From NCBI GenBank assembly GCA_965208835.1, contig OZ242358.1, forward strand, positions 4,832,001-4,896,000: a stretch of 64,000 nucleotides of DNA, read 5' to 3'. Positions within the stretch are counted from its first letter, which is position 1. Every line of letters begins with the position of its first letter. Shown one piece after another: positions 28,627 to 37,847 of this stretch. Position numbers and translations under genes: made by a program. Origin of the DNA: Candidatus Latescibacterota bacterium. Lineage in GTDB: Bacteria; Latescibacterota; UBA2968; GCA-2709665. The notes under the pieces were generated by a model. It had not been told where the DNA came from, did no database searches, and saw only the letters and a list, made by a program, of their open reading frames with translations.

Positions 28627-29916
28627 TTACGAATCAAGGCTAAACGGAATGGCGACCACGTCGCGGATGTGCCTTGCATCGGTAAGCACCATCAAGAGAC
28701 GATCGACGCCCAGCGCGATTCCGCCGGCGGGCGGCATTCCGGCTTCGAGCGCCCCCAGAAATTCTTCGTCGATCGGGTAAGCCGGACGACCGGCGTGTTT
28801 TCGCTGCGCGGCTTCGTTTTCCAGCCGGGCTCTCTGTTCGGCGGGATTGTTCAGTTCCGTAAAGGCGTTGGCGAGTTCCACGCCCGAGACGTAGAGTTCG
28901 AACCGTTCCGCGATGCCGGGCGCATTCTGTTTCAACCTGGCAAGAGCAGCCATTTCCGCGGGATAATCCATGAGAAAGGTGGGCCGCCCCGCGCCGAGTT
29001 GCTTTTCCACGGCATCCAGGAACACCTTGAAGTAAGCGACCTCGAAAGGATCGTCAGGGGATACCGAACGGTGGCCATGCTGCCTGGCTTCGCGAATAAA
29101 CGCATCGAGGTCGGCAGCCGGGTCGGCGTACACGCCGGCGTACCTGGCGAATGCTTCCCGCACGGTCAGACGTTGCCACGGCGGCGTGAAATCGATGGTT
29201 CGACCCCTGTACACAACCGAAGAATCGCCGGTAACTTCGCGTACCAGGCCGTGAATCAGATTCTCCGTGTCCGCCATGATCGTCGTGTAGTCGGCAAACG
29301 CCCGGTACCATTCCAGGAGGGTGAATTCGGGGCTGTGCATCGGACCGGGTGCGTCCTGCCGAAAGGATTTGCAGATCTGGAAGATGCGTTCGTACCCGGA
29401 CGACAGGAGACGCTTCATCGCGTATTCGGGTGAAGTAGGCAGGTAGTAGCGCCTGACGTGTCCGTTGTCGCTGTAGACGGTTTCGAAGGCGTCCAGATGG
29501 GGTTCCATCCCGGGGCTCCGGACGAGCAACGGGGTCTCGACCTCAAGGAAGCCCGCGTTCTCAAAAAACCGCCGTATAAACGAGAGAATCCGTGCGCGGG
29601 TACGCAGAATCCCGGGGGCGCGACCGGCTTCCGGAGCGCGCAGCGCCGGCGCAAGCACGCGGTGGGTTCGGACTTGAAAAACCGGGGGCTGCCAGGTCCC
29701 GCGCAACTCGACAACGTCTCCATTGCGCGGTCTTTCAGGTGTCTGGCCGAATGCCAGGGAGACTTCGCCGGATTCATCTTTCAGTCGCGGTCCGTCCGTT
29801 CCGATGCCCGAGGCGATCCGGCCGGCCAGTACTGCTTCGTCGCCGGGCGCAAGTTCGGCGATGAGATGGGTCCGGGCGCACCCGGCGGGGTAGACTGCAG
29901 ATTCAGTCATGGACAT
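28627..29916 (-). CDS. epmA: EF-P lysine aminoacylase EpmA (GenX/PoxA) with N-terminal OB-fold-like extension
   Basis: FLEVETPLL, YLPTSPEYAMKRLL, IFQICKSFR, HSPEFTLLEWYR, ERFELY..GVELANAFTEL, GIALGVDRL. Confidence 0.9.
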   Translation of the reverse strand: MSMTESAVYPAGCARTHLIAELAPGDEAVLAGRIASGIGTDGPRLKDESGEVSLAFGQTPERPRNGDVVELRGTWQPPVFQVRTHRVLAPALRAPEAGRAPGILRTRARILSFIRRFFENAGFLEVETPLLVRSPGMEPHLDAFETVYSDNGHVRRYYLPTSPEYAMKRLLSSGYERIFQICKSFRQDAPGPMHSPEFTLLEWYRAFADYTTIMADTENLIHGLVREVTGDSSVVYRGRTIDFTPPWQRLTVREAFARYAGVYADPAADLDAFIREARQHGHRSVSPDDPFEVAYFKVFLDAVEKQLGAGRPTFLMDYPAEMAALARLKQNAPGIAERFELYVSGVELANAFTELNNPAEQRARLENEAAQRKHAGRPAYPIDEEFLGALEAGMPPAGGIALGVDRLLMVLTDARHIRDVVAIPFSLDS

Positions 29917-30102
29917 GGCCGAACGGTACGGGAACTTCCTGCAACAGGTCCAGGAAGCAGTTTTGGAATTCTCAGCTTTTTAAAAAGGCGATTGAGAATA
30001 TAGGATAACCGGTGTCGAGGAGCAACAGGCATCCGTACGGGACGGGATCTCCGGCGGAAAAATCCCTTGCCGCCACTACATTTCTCGCGATATATTTTCA
30101 CT

Positions 30103-30303
30103 AGGCGGGGAGAGGTGAGAGGGTAGACGGTAGATGAGATCCTTGCCCGACATCTAATCCTCGTTGCCTTCGGCACGAGAGGAAGCCTCACAGGGCAGGT
30201 AATCTCTAACCTCTCCCGGCTTACGTCTCACCAGGTGGTGGGGCGGGGTGTGGTCCTCTCCCGTCTAACGTCTTCCGTCTCCCCGCTCTTTGCTGACAGC
30301 TTC
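30103..30303 (+). repeat. dispersed palindromic repeat, copy 3 of 7
   Basis: AGGCGGGGAGAGGTGAGA..CTCGTTGCCTTCGGCACGAG..TCTCCCCGCTCTT. Confidence 0.9.
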
Positions 30304-30345
30304 TTGAAGCAGTATACTGTTTCTGCACAGGAGAACCTGGCTGAT

Positions 30346-30927
30346 ATGAGACTTCGAATAGCACGGTATTCCATTTCACTGCATTTCGCCCTTGTCGCCG
30401 TATTGGCCGTTCTCCCTCGAAGCCTGCCCGTGTCGGCCGGTACATTCCGGGCGAGCGGCGGGATGTTCTTCAACAACAATGAGCCGGGCGGAGGTATTTC
30501 CGTCGATCTTGGCGACAAGGGGATGATGCTCTCGCCCTACGTGGATTTTTTCGGCAAGTCCGGCTCGCGCATTTTCGGCGGCGGGCTCAACCTCGTCGTC
30601 AAACGCACCGGAGGCGAACAATCGCAACTCTATGTGGGCCTGGGAGGAGGCATCGCCTCCGTTAGAATGGAAGAGAGCTCGAGCGGCATCACCGGTTCGG
30701 CGTCAAAGACGCAGGCAATGGCGGATCTCGTGCTGGGTGTGGAGTTCGACCTGCACGAAAACGTCGGCGGGTTCGTCCAGGTCAAGTGGCTGGGGACATT
30801 CGGCGGCGGCCGGGTGGACATTACGGGTCAGGTTGAAGGACTGACGGTTACGATACCGGACGCGATTGACCTGGAACTCAGAAATTTCGCGGTCCAGGCA
30901 GGAATTACGGTCGGTTTCTGGCGATGA
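30346..30927 (+). CDS. outer membrane beta-barrel protein (8-strand OmpA/OmpW-like)
   Basis: Signal peptide, alternating amphipathic strands, YVGLGGG, C-terminal AGITVGF. Confidence 0.75.
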   Translation: MRLRIARYSISLHFALVAVLAVLPRSLPVSAGTFRASGGMFFNNNEPGGGISVDLGDKGMMLSPYVDFFGKSGSRIFGGGLNLVVKRTGGEQSQLYVGLGGGIASVRMEESSSGITGSASKTQAMADLVLGVEFDLHENVGGFVQVKWLGTFGGGRVDITGQVEGLTVTIPDAIDLELRNFAVQAGITVGFWR

Positions 30928-31112
30928 CTGCGAATCCGGCGGCCGGCGGATGTAAACGGTTCGCCGCACAGCATCTGTTGAGCCGTAGAAGCGCGTCAGG
31001 CCGTTTTTGGGTTGATTTCCGGCGGTATTTTGGCGATTATTATTGTTGTTGAAACGTCCTTCTATCCCGACGATCCGGAAGTCAATACCACGGCAGCCGC
31101 AGGGAGGCTTGA

Positions 31113-31715
31113 ATGCAGGCGCTTTTCCGCGTACTCTTTGTCATCTGCTTGACTGTAATGCTCACCACTTCCACCACGTGGGCGCAGCACGCGCTGAAGT
31201 TGGGCGCGGGTGTACACTTGGATGAACAGACGCCGGGCATCGGACTCGCGTATGACATCAGCGCCTCCGAGGGCCTGGTCGCGTTTTCGCCGTTTATCGA
31301 TTTCTTTACCAAATCCGAAAACAGGGTCTTCGGCGGCGGCCTGAATTTAGTCGTCAAACGTCCCACCGGTGAAAAAGGGATCATCTACTTCGGAGGCGGA
31401 GGTGGCATAGGCAGCGTGACGTCAAAGAGGGAATTTGACGTTGACATTGGCGAAACCACCGACAGATCCGTAGAGACGGTTGAAGCTTCAAGAACCCAGG
31501 CCATGGTCACTGTGCTGGCCGGCCTGGAATTCGCCACAACCGAGACGGCGTCGGTCTTCCTGCAAGGCAAGTGGATTGGCATGTACAGCGGAGATCCCGA
31601 AGTCATCACACTCTCCAGCGGCCAGGAGGTGGCGCCACAACTGGATGTGAAGAGTTTTGCATTTCAGATTGGCCTGTCTCTCAATATCGGCCGATCGGAA
31701 TATGAGGACTATTAG
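31113..31715 (+). CDS. outer membrane beta-barrel protein (paralog)
   Basis: Shares SP.[VI]DFF.KS..R.FGGGLNLVVKR and TQAM with the upstream gene; signal peptide. Confidence 0.75.
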   Translation: MQALFRVLFVICLTVMLTTSTTWAQHALKLGAGVHLDEQTPGIGLAYDISASEGLVAFSPFIDFFTKSENRVFGGGLNLVVKRPTGEKGIIYFGGGGGIGSVTSKREFDVDIGETTDRSVETVEASRTQAMVTVLAGLEFATTETASVFLQGKWIGMYSGDPEVITLSSGQEVAPQLDVKSFAFQIGLSLNIGRSEYEDY

Positions 31716-31778
31716 GCAACACACGCCGCGCCTGAATCATCAATCTGGCCGGGGCTGAACGCGAATATTGGAGGCATA

Positions 31779-32447
31779 ATGAGAATCCGAATTAGAAGCT
31801 GTCTTAAAATTCCCAGCGGTCTTCGCGCGGCTGCAAAAGCGCCGGTCGGCGTTGGTCAAACCCGCCCGTATAGACAAATATGGGCGGATTCTCCCGCCTT
31901 GACCGCCACTTTTTCGCTCGCGCTCGGGATCTCACCGGTAATTTTAAAACAGCTTCTGCTGGTTTTGCTGTCCGGCTTCGCCTTATTGGCTGCCACGCCC
32001 GCCCACACGCGAGATTTCGGGATGAATCTGGGAGGCGGTACCCTCCTGGACCCCACCAGGCCGGGCGGTCATTTTTCGTTCGAGATGTCGCTCAGCGACG
32101 AGTATCCCACTCACCTGGCGCCTTTCTGCGAACTCTACAGCAAGTCGGGTACAAGGATCATGCCGATAGGCATCTCGCTGCTATACAAGCCACCGCTTTC
32201 GGAATACGGGGGCACGATATATTTCGGCGCCGGCGGCGGCGCGCTGCTCATCCGGGGTCAACCCACCGCGGGCCAGGCAACCGGCACCGACGGGATGATC
32301 ACCGTGGCGGGCGGGTTGTCGTTTGGCGTGGGACCCCGTGCGGGGGTGTTCGTTCAGGTACGCTGGTTCAGATCTTTCGAAGACCAGACAGCAGAGAACG
32401 AAGTCGGCCTTCAGGCGGGCATACGTTTCAGCCTCCCGGGAGATTGA
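31779..32447 (+). CDS. outer membrane beta-barrel protein (third paralog); true start uncertain, possibly near 31940
   Basis: Signal-like KQLLLVLLSGFALLAATPAHT, YFGAGGG, VFVQVRW, AGIRF. Confidence 0.7.
   Translation: MRIRIRSCLKIPSGLRAAAKAPVGVGQTRPYRQIWADSPALTATFSLALGISPVILKQLLLVLLSGFALLAATPAHTRDFGMNLGGGTLLDPTRPGGHFSFEMSLSDEYPTHLAPFCELYSKSGTRIMPIGISLLYKPPLSEYGGTIYFGAGGGALLIRGQPTAGQATGTDGMITVAGGLSFGVGPRAGVFVQVRWFRSFEDQTAENEVGLQAGIRFSLPGD
31794..31840 (+). repeat. 47-bp repeat, second family, copy A
   Basis: 37/47 identical without gaps to 47484-47530. Confidence 0.6.
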
Positions 32448-32482
32448 GTACTTTACAACTGACGGATGGAATTCAGAACACC

Positions 32483-32518
32483 AAAGCGCCGGGACCCTCT
32501 TAAGGATCCCGGCGCTTT
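32483..32518. terminator. intrinsic terminator-like hairpin
   Basis: AAAGCGCCGGGA..TCCCGGCGCTTT after the OMP cluster. Confidence 0.65.
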
Positions 32519-32531
32519 CCTTTGGTCCGCA

Positions 32532-32773
32532 TCAACCTCAATACGAATAAAGATAACCGTTAAATTGGCCACCAAGAGCCTGAATGCGGGTAGAGGGAAG
32601 ACGGTAGACCAAAAGCGGTGAGACGGGAACCGGTAGACGGTAGAAGAAATACTCGCCCGCTTTTTATGTTCCTTCTTGCCTTCGGCACGAAAAGAACCCT
32701 CACGAGGCAGGCAATTTCTACCCTCTCCCGTCTCACGTCTCACCGATTCTGAGGGGCCGGGGGGAGAGGTCCT
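32532..32773 (+). repeat. dispersed palindromic repeat, copy 4 of 7
   Basis: Same core TGCCTTCGGCACGAAAAGAACCCTCACGAGGCAGGCAAT; ends next to the pepA stop. Confidence 0.9.
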
Positions 32774-32774
32774 G

Positions 32775-34277
32775 TCAACACCTGTTGCGCAGCAGATCAA
32801 CCAGGAGTCGCACGCCCACGCCCGTGCCGCCCCTGGGGATGTGCGGCTGGTCTTTCTGCGCCCAGGCGGTGCCGGCAATGTCGAGGTGAGCCCAGGGGAA
32901 GTCCTGCACGAAGGCTTCGATGAAAGCCGCGCCCGTGATGGCGCCGCCGCCGCGGCCACCCGTGTTTTTCAGATCCGCAATATCGCTCTTCATCTGCTCG
33001 CGATGGCCGTCCAGAATGGGCAGGCGCCACGCGATCTCCCCCGTCCTTTCTCCGGCCGCGGCGATTTCGGACGCCAGTGCGTCATCGTTGGAGAAGAGCC
33101 CGCTGGCCTCGTGCCCAAGGGCAATGATGCAGGCGCCCGTGAGCGTGGCAAGATCGATCGCGGCGCAGGGTTTGTAGCGGGCGGCATAGGCGACGGCGTC
33201 GGCCAGAACCAGGCGGCCTTCGGCGTCCGTGGATCGGATCTCGATGGTTTTTCCCAGCATGGAGCGGATGATGTCGCCGGGCTTGAGCGCGCGGCTGCCT
33301 GGCATGTTTTCCGAGGCCGCCACCAGGCCGATCGTGCGCACCGGCAGGTCCAGGCGCGCCACCGCCTGCATCGCGCCGATGACGGCGGCGGCGCCACCCA
33401 TGTCGAATTTCATATCCCACATGCCCTCGGAGCCTTTGATTGAAATACCGCCGGAGTCGAACGTGATGCCCTTTCCGATCAGCACCGCGGGCGCCGCTTC
33501 CGGATCTTCGCCACCGTGTTCGAGGACGATGAATCTGGGGGGTTGCGCGCTGCCCTGCGCCACGGCCTGAATCGTGCGCATACCTTCCGCATCAATCCGC
33601 TCGTCGTCGAAAACCTCGCATCGAAGGCCCGTTTCACGGGCCATGGCTTCGGCGCGTCCGGCGAGTATTTCGGGCGTCATTTCGTTGCCCGGATGGCTTG
33701 CCAGGTCCCGGGCCAAACATGCGGCTTCGGCGATGATTCGCCCTGCATGCGATCCGTTTTCGATGTCGGTCTGTTTGGCCGCATCGAATTCGACCAGTGT
33801 AAGTCCTTCGAGTTCGTTGTTGTTGTCGTCGTCTTCCACGCTCTTGTACGGCGTAAAGCGGTACGTGCCGAGAACGGCGCCCTCGACCACTGCCTGAGCC
33901 GCGGCGCCAACCTCCAGGCCGCCCACGCCGCCGCCGTGAACCACCGTGGCCAGCTGTTCCGCGCCCAGTCCGCGGGCACGCCGCGCGGCCGCGGCGGAGA
34001 CCTGCCGCACCCGGTCGAGGGTGAATTCCTCGCGTTTGCCCAGACCCACGAGGAGGAGGCGATTTGCGGAAATGCCACCCCTCGGATAAAGGACCGCGAT
34101 CTCTTTGAATTTGCCCGTGAAGTCGCCGCCTGCAATCAGGTCCCGGATCTGGCCGTTCAATGCCGCGTCCACTGCGCCGGTGGCTCCGCCGGGTACCGTG
34201 ACGCCGTCGAACAGATTCAACACAATCGCGTCCGTTTCCCATTTTACGATGTTTTCAATCGCTACAGATATGTCCAC
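32775..34277 (-). CDS. pepA: leucyl aminopeptidase (M17)
   Basis: GKGITFDSGGISIK, MKFDMGGAA, STDAEGRLVLADA, DLATLTGA, WAHLDIAG; GTG start after GGGAGG. Confidence 0.95.
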   Translation of the reverse strand: MDISVAIENIVKWETDAIVLNLFDGVTVPGGATGAVDAALNGQIRDLIAGGDFTGKFKEIAVLYPRGGISANRLLLVGLGKREEFTLDRVRQVSAAAARRARGLGAEQLATVVHGGGVGGLEVGAAAQAVVEGAVLGTYRFTPYKSVEDDDNNNELEGLTLVEFDAAKQTDIENGSHAGRIIAEAACLARDLASHPGNEMTPEILAGRAEAMARETGLRCEVFDDERIDAEGMRTIQAVAQGSAQPPRFIVLEHGGEDPEAAPAVLIGKGITFDSGGISIKGSEGMWDMKFDMGGAAAVIGAMQAVARLDLPVRTIGLVAASENMPGSRALKPGDIIRSMLGKTIEIRSTDAEGRLVLADAVAYAARYKPCAAIDLATLTGACIIALGHEASGLFSNDDALASEIAAAGERTGEIAWRLPILDGHREQMKSDIADLKNTGGRGGGAITGAAFIEAFVQDFPWAHLDIAGTAWAQKDQPHIPRGGTGVGVRLLVDLLRNRC

Positions 34278-34417
34278 AAAACCTCCCATTGATGACGGTT
34301 GGCGCTGCCCGGGACTCCGCATTCGCCCCGGCATGACGGTCTTTCCGGGTTGCTCTCATTGCGCTGGCGCGGGATCCGATGGTTCGTACGGCCGGTATGA
34401 GCGCGGCGTCCCCGGAA

Positions 34418-35056
34418 TCACCACACGCCTGAACCTCCCGCGAAAAAGGGATTGCTCGACTTCTCGATGCCCACTGTGGTGAAGGGTCCATGGCCGGGGT
34501 AGATCTTCGTCTCATCGTCCAGAATCAGAATCTTCTCCCGTATTGACTTGAGCAGAAGGTCCGTATCGCCGCCCGGAAGGTCGGTGCGGCCGATGGAGCC
34601 GGCAAAAAGGCTGTCCCCGACTACCGCGTGGCCCGGCCACTTGAGGGTGATATTGCCCCGTGCGTGGCCCGGCGTGTGGACAATCTCAAGGGTTTCTTCA
34701 CCCATCCTGACGACGTCTCCCTCCTGGAGAAAACGATCGATGCGCGGGGGCGGCTCCGCGTCCATGCCGATGGATCCTGCGATTTCGACGAGGTTTTCGA
34801 CCTCGAAGCGGTCGGCCGGATGTATCGCAAACGGGGCGCCGGTCTCGCGGACAGCCGAGGCCGCATGCGCAATGTGGTCGTAATGTCCGTGGGTGGCCAC
34901 GACTTCCACGATGCGGATGTCGTCTTCCAGGACCAGTTCAATAACTTCCGGGACGTTGTCGCCCGGATCGACGATAATGCCCTCGAGGGTCTTTTCACAG
35001 GCCAGGACGAAACAGTTCACCTGCAACGGACCGACGACGATTGACTTGAAGATCAA
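34418..35056 (-). CDS. MBL-fold metallo-hydrolase (glyoxalase II/YcbL-like)
   Basis: THGHYDH, HTPGH, GDSLF.GSIGRTD, PGHG. Confidence 0.93.
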   Translation of the reverse strand: MIFKSIVVGPLQVNCFVLACEKTLEGIIVDPGDNVPEVIELVLEDDIRIVEVVATHGHYDHIAHAASAVRETGAPFAIHPADRFEVENLVEIAGSIGMDAEPPPRIDRFLQEGDVVRMGEETLEIVHTPGHARGNITLKWPGHAVVGDSLFAGSIGRTDLPGGDTDLLLKSIREKILILDDETKIYPGHGPFTTVGIEKSSNPFFAGGSGVW

Positions 35057-35154
35057 GAGATACCTCGTGTTGGGAACTGCACAGGGCGACGCATGAACAT
35101 GTAGCGCAAATTGGCAATTTGCGCTACGATCCCAGGAACGACGCCGTGAATGTA

Positions 35155-36486
35155 TTAAGCGAGCCCCAAGCCCTCTTCGCCGGCGTGGATGGACGCGAGG
35201 ACCCATGGATCCCGGGTTTCGACCCGGAACGCCTTGACCTTCCGCCGCATCGTCTCCGCGACCTCCGCAACCACCGGATCGTGGATCAGATTGGTGGACT
35301 CTTCCGGGTCGGCCTCAACGTCGAACAGTGCTTCTCCATCCTGATGCAGAAACCGTTCCGTGGGCCGCCTCCCCATCATCCCGATCCTCTCAGCCAGGAC
35401 TGTCTGCCAGGTCGGTGACGCCCACAGATCGCCCGGAATCGGCGTTGTCAACTCGGGATAGAGATTGCGGACGTATTTATACTTTCTTCCCCTCAGCACA
35501 CGGTACGGATAGTAGTTCGTCACCTCGTGGAACGAATGAGAAAAAAACGTCTCTTCCCACCCTTCCGGGTGGGCCTCGTCCAGAATCGGGACCAAGGAAC
35601 GCTCCGGAAGGCCCTCCGGTGGTTCCACCCCGCACCAATCCAGAACCGTCGGCGCGATATTGCACCAATTTACGAGCGCGTCGGAACGAACGGACGCCGC
35701 GTCGGGCCGTACCAGAATCAACGGACAGCGATGCCCGGAGTCAAACGAGGATCCCTTGGCGCCGGGAAACGGCATCCCGTGATCGCTCATCACGACGATC
35801 AGCGTGTCCGCCGCCCTCCCGGCGGCTTCCAGCGCATCCACCGCCATCCCGATCCCCTGATCCAGTCTGGATATCGACTGGTAATATTCGGCCAGCTCTT
35901 TCCGCACAGCCGGATGGTCGGGCAGGAAATCGGGCACCACCACCTCGTCCGGCGAATAACGCACCTCCTCCACGTCAGGATAGGTCTCCCTGTTTCCGAA
36001 ATTCCGATGCGGATCTCCAAATCCCATGTGCAGATAGAACGGCCTGTCACCCGTTTGAGAAAGGAACTCACCGGCCTGCCGGGCCATCTCGGCCACGTTG
36101 CGGGTCCCGCCGCGCACATGCTGCCGGTCGAACGTCCACGGATATACTTCCTCCGGCTGTACGTGCAGCTTGCCCACAATCCCGGTGGCAATCCCCGACG
36201 ATCCGAGGGTCCTTGGAATGGAGGGCATGGACAGTTGCGTATGGAAATTGTGGATCCCGTGCGTATGGCCGTACTGCCCGTGGGTGTGGCTGTAGTGTCC
36301 CGTCAACACGCACGCCCGGCTGGCCGCGCAGGATGGCGTTGTACAGAAAGCCTGGGTAAACACCGTTCCGCGCGATGCCAGTGCGTCCACGTTCGGTGTC
36401 CGGATCGCCAAATTTCCGTAACACCCGGCGATCGGACTCCAGTCGTCGGCAATCAAAAGCAGCACGCTGCGATAATCTGTGGCCAT
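35155..36486 (-). CDS. sulfatase (N-sulfoglucosamine sulfohydrolase-like)
   Basis: LIADD, CAASRA..LTG, GKLH, DPH, SDHG. Confidence 0.9.
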   Translation of the reverse strand: MATDYRSVLLLIADDWSPIAGCYGNLAIRTPNVDALASRGTVFTQAFCTTPSCAASRACVLTGHYSHTHGQYGHTHGIHNFHTQLSMPSIPRTLGSSGIATGIVGKLHVQPEEVYPWTFDRQHVRGGTRNVAEMARQAGEFLSQTGDRPFYLHMGFGDPHRNFGNRETYPDVEEVRYSPDEVVVPDFLPDHPAVRKELAEYYQSISRLDQGIGMAVDALEAAGRAADTLIVVMSDHGMPFPGAKGSSFDSGHRCPLILVRPDAASVRSDALVNWCNIAPTVLDWCGVEPPEGLPERSLVPILDEAHPEGWEETFFSHSFHEVTNYYPYRVLRGRKYKYVRNLYPELTTPIPGDLWASPTWQTVLAERIGMMGRRPTERFLHQDGEALFDVEADPEESTNLIHDPVVAEVAETMRRKVKAFRVETRDPWVLASIHAGEEGLGLA

Positions 36487-36550
36487 GGCAGTCCCGCTTC
36501 GATCTATTTATGGGTGAATCGGCTTGTCAGGCCGGGTGAGATAATTTATC

Positions 36551-36994
36551 TTATGCGCGTTCCGCCGCATCATCGTGGAACCCGAGGATCCGGCGTTTCA
36601 ATGCCGCGTTTTCCCCGTTCCTGATTTTCCATAACAGATAAACCATCAGCAGGGCGCCGGCGGCGTCATACAGGACGTCGGTCCAGGTTCCCAGCCGCTC
36701 CGGAACGGCATACTGATGGAACTCGTCTGTCACGGCGTAACATACGGATAGCGCAGCGCTCCATGCCAGACATGGGCCGAACCGCCGCGGTTCCGTCCGG
36801 ATTGAACGCAGCCAGAGGTACGTCAGAATCGCATATTCCGCCAGATGCGCGAGCTTGCGGACGACGTAATTCAACACGCCGAACCAGGCCTCCGTCGCAT
36901 CCGCGGACATCCCGAAAGCCATCCATCTGCTCGACATCAGAAAGATCAGTCCCATCCAACCCGCCAGTGCGATTCTCCACCGTGTGACTGTCAA
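36551..36994 (-). CDS. VanZ family membrane protein
   Basis: VRKLAHLAEYAIL, YAVTDEFHQ..VP.R, DVLYD. Confidence 0.88.
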   Translation of the reverse strand: MTVTRWRIALAGWMGLIFLMSSRWMAFGMSADATEAWFGVLNYVVRKLAHLAEYAILTYLWLRSIRTEPRRFGPCLAWSAALSVCYAVTDEFHQYAVPERLGTWTDVLYDAAGALLMVYLLWKIRNGENAALKRRILGFHDDAAERA

Positions 36995-37130
36995 TCCGAC
37001 CTCGATTCGCCGTTTAGCCGTTTCGCCTCCAGTGTCCTCTAAGATCGCCTTTTGACAAAAATGCGTCAAGCACAAACCCGGCCGTCAACCGATTTTTCGG
37101 AGCGGGTTCCATTCATCGGGAGCGCCTGCG

Positions 37131-37805
37131 ATGCAAGCCTATCAGCAAGACTTCATTGACTTTCTGGTTGAAACCCGCGCCCTCCGTTTCGGCGAATTCA
37201 CGCTCAAGAGCGGTCGAAAGTCCCCTTACTTCTTCAATGCCGGGCAATTCAACACCGGCGCGGAAATCGAGCGCCTCGGCTACTACTATGCCTGCGCCAT
37301 CCGGGAGTTCGACGTTGAACCCACGCTTGTCTTCGGTCCGGCATACAAGGGCATTCCCCTGTGCATCGCCGCGGCCATCGCACTTCGACAGCGGTTCGAC
37401 ATGGATACCAGCTTTGCTTTTGACCGGAAGGAGATCAAGGAACATGGGGAAGGGGGCTGGCTCGTTGGAAAGGAACCCGCCCCTCAGGACCGCGTCGTAC
37501 TGGTAGACGACGTTGTTACCGACGGCGCCACCAAGATTCAGATGATCCGCAGGCTGAAAACGGCGTGCAGCGCCCGGATAACGGGTCTCGTTATCGCTCT
37601 GGACCGCAAGGAAAAAAACGCCGATGGTGAAGATGCCGTGTCGGCCCTCCAGTCAGCCGCCGGTGTGCCCGTGCGGTCCATTATCAGCATCCATGACATT
37701 CTTGCATACCTGCCAGGCCGCCGCATCGGCGGACGAATCGCCCTTACTGCCGACATGAAGGGACGAATCGAAACCTACCTGGATGAACACGGAATCACCG
37801 TGTGA
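37131..37805 (+). CDS. pyrE: orotate phosphoribosyltransferase
   Basis: FGEFTLKSGRKSPYFFNAG, FGPAYKGIP, DRKE.K.HGEGG, VDDVVTDG. Confidence 0.96.
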   Translation: MQAYQQDFIDFLVETRALRFGEFTLKSGRKSPYFFNAGQFNTGAEIERLGYYYACAIREFDVEPTLVFGPAYKGIPLCIAAAIALRQRFDMDTSFAFDRKEIKEHGEGGWLVGKEPAPQDRVVLVDDVVTDGATKIQMIRRLKTACSARITGLVIALDRKEKNADGEDAVSALQSAAGVPVRSIISIHDILAYLPGRRIGGRIALTADMKGRIETYLDEHGITV

Positions 37806-37847
37806 ACGGACGGTCGCCGTTCCACCCAGAAAAGCAGGTGGTTTCGC

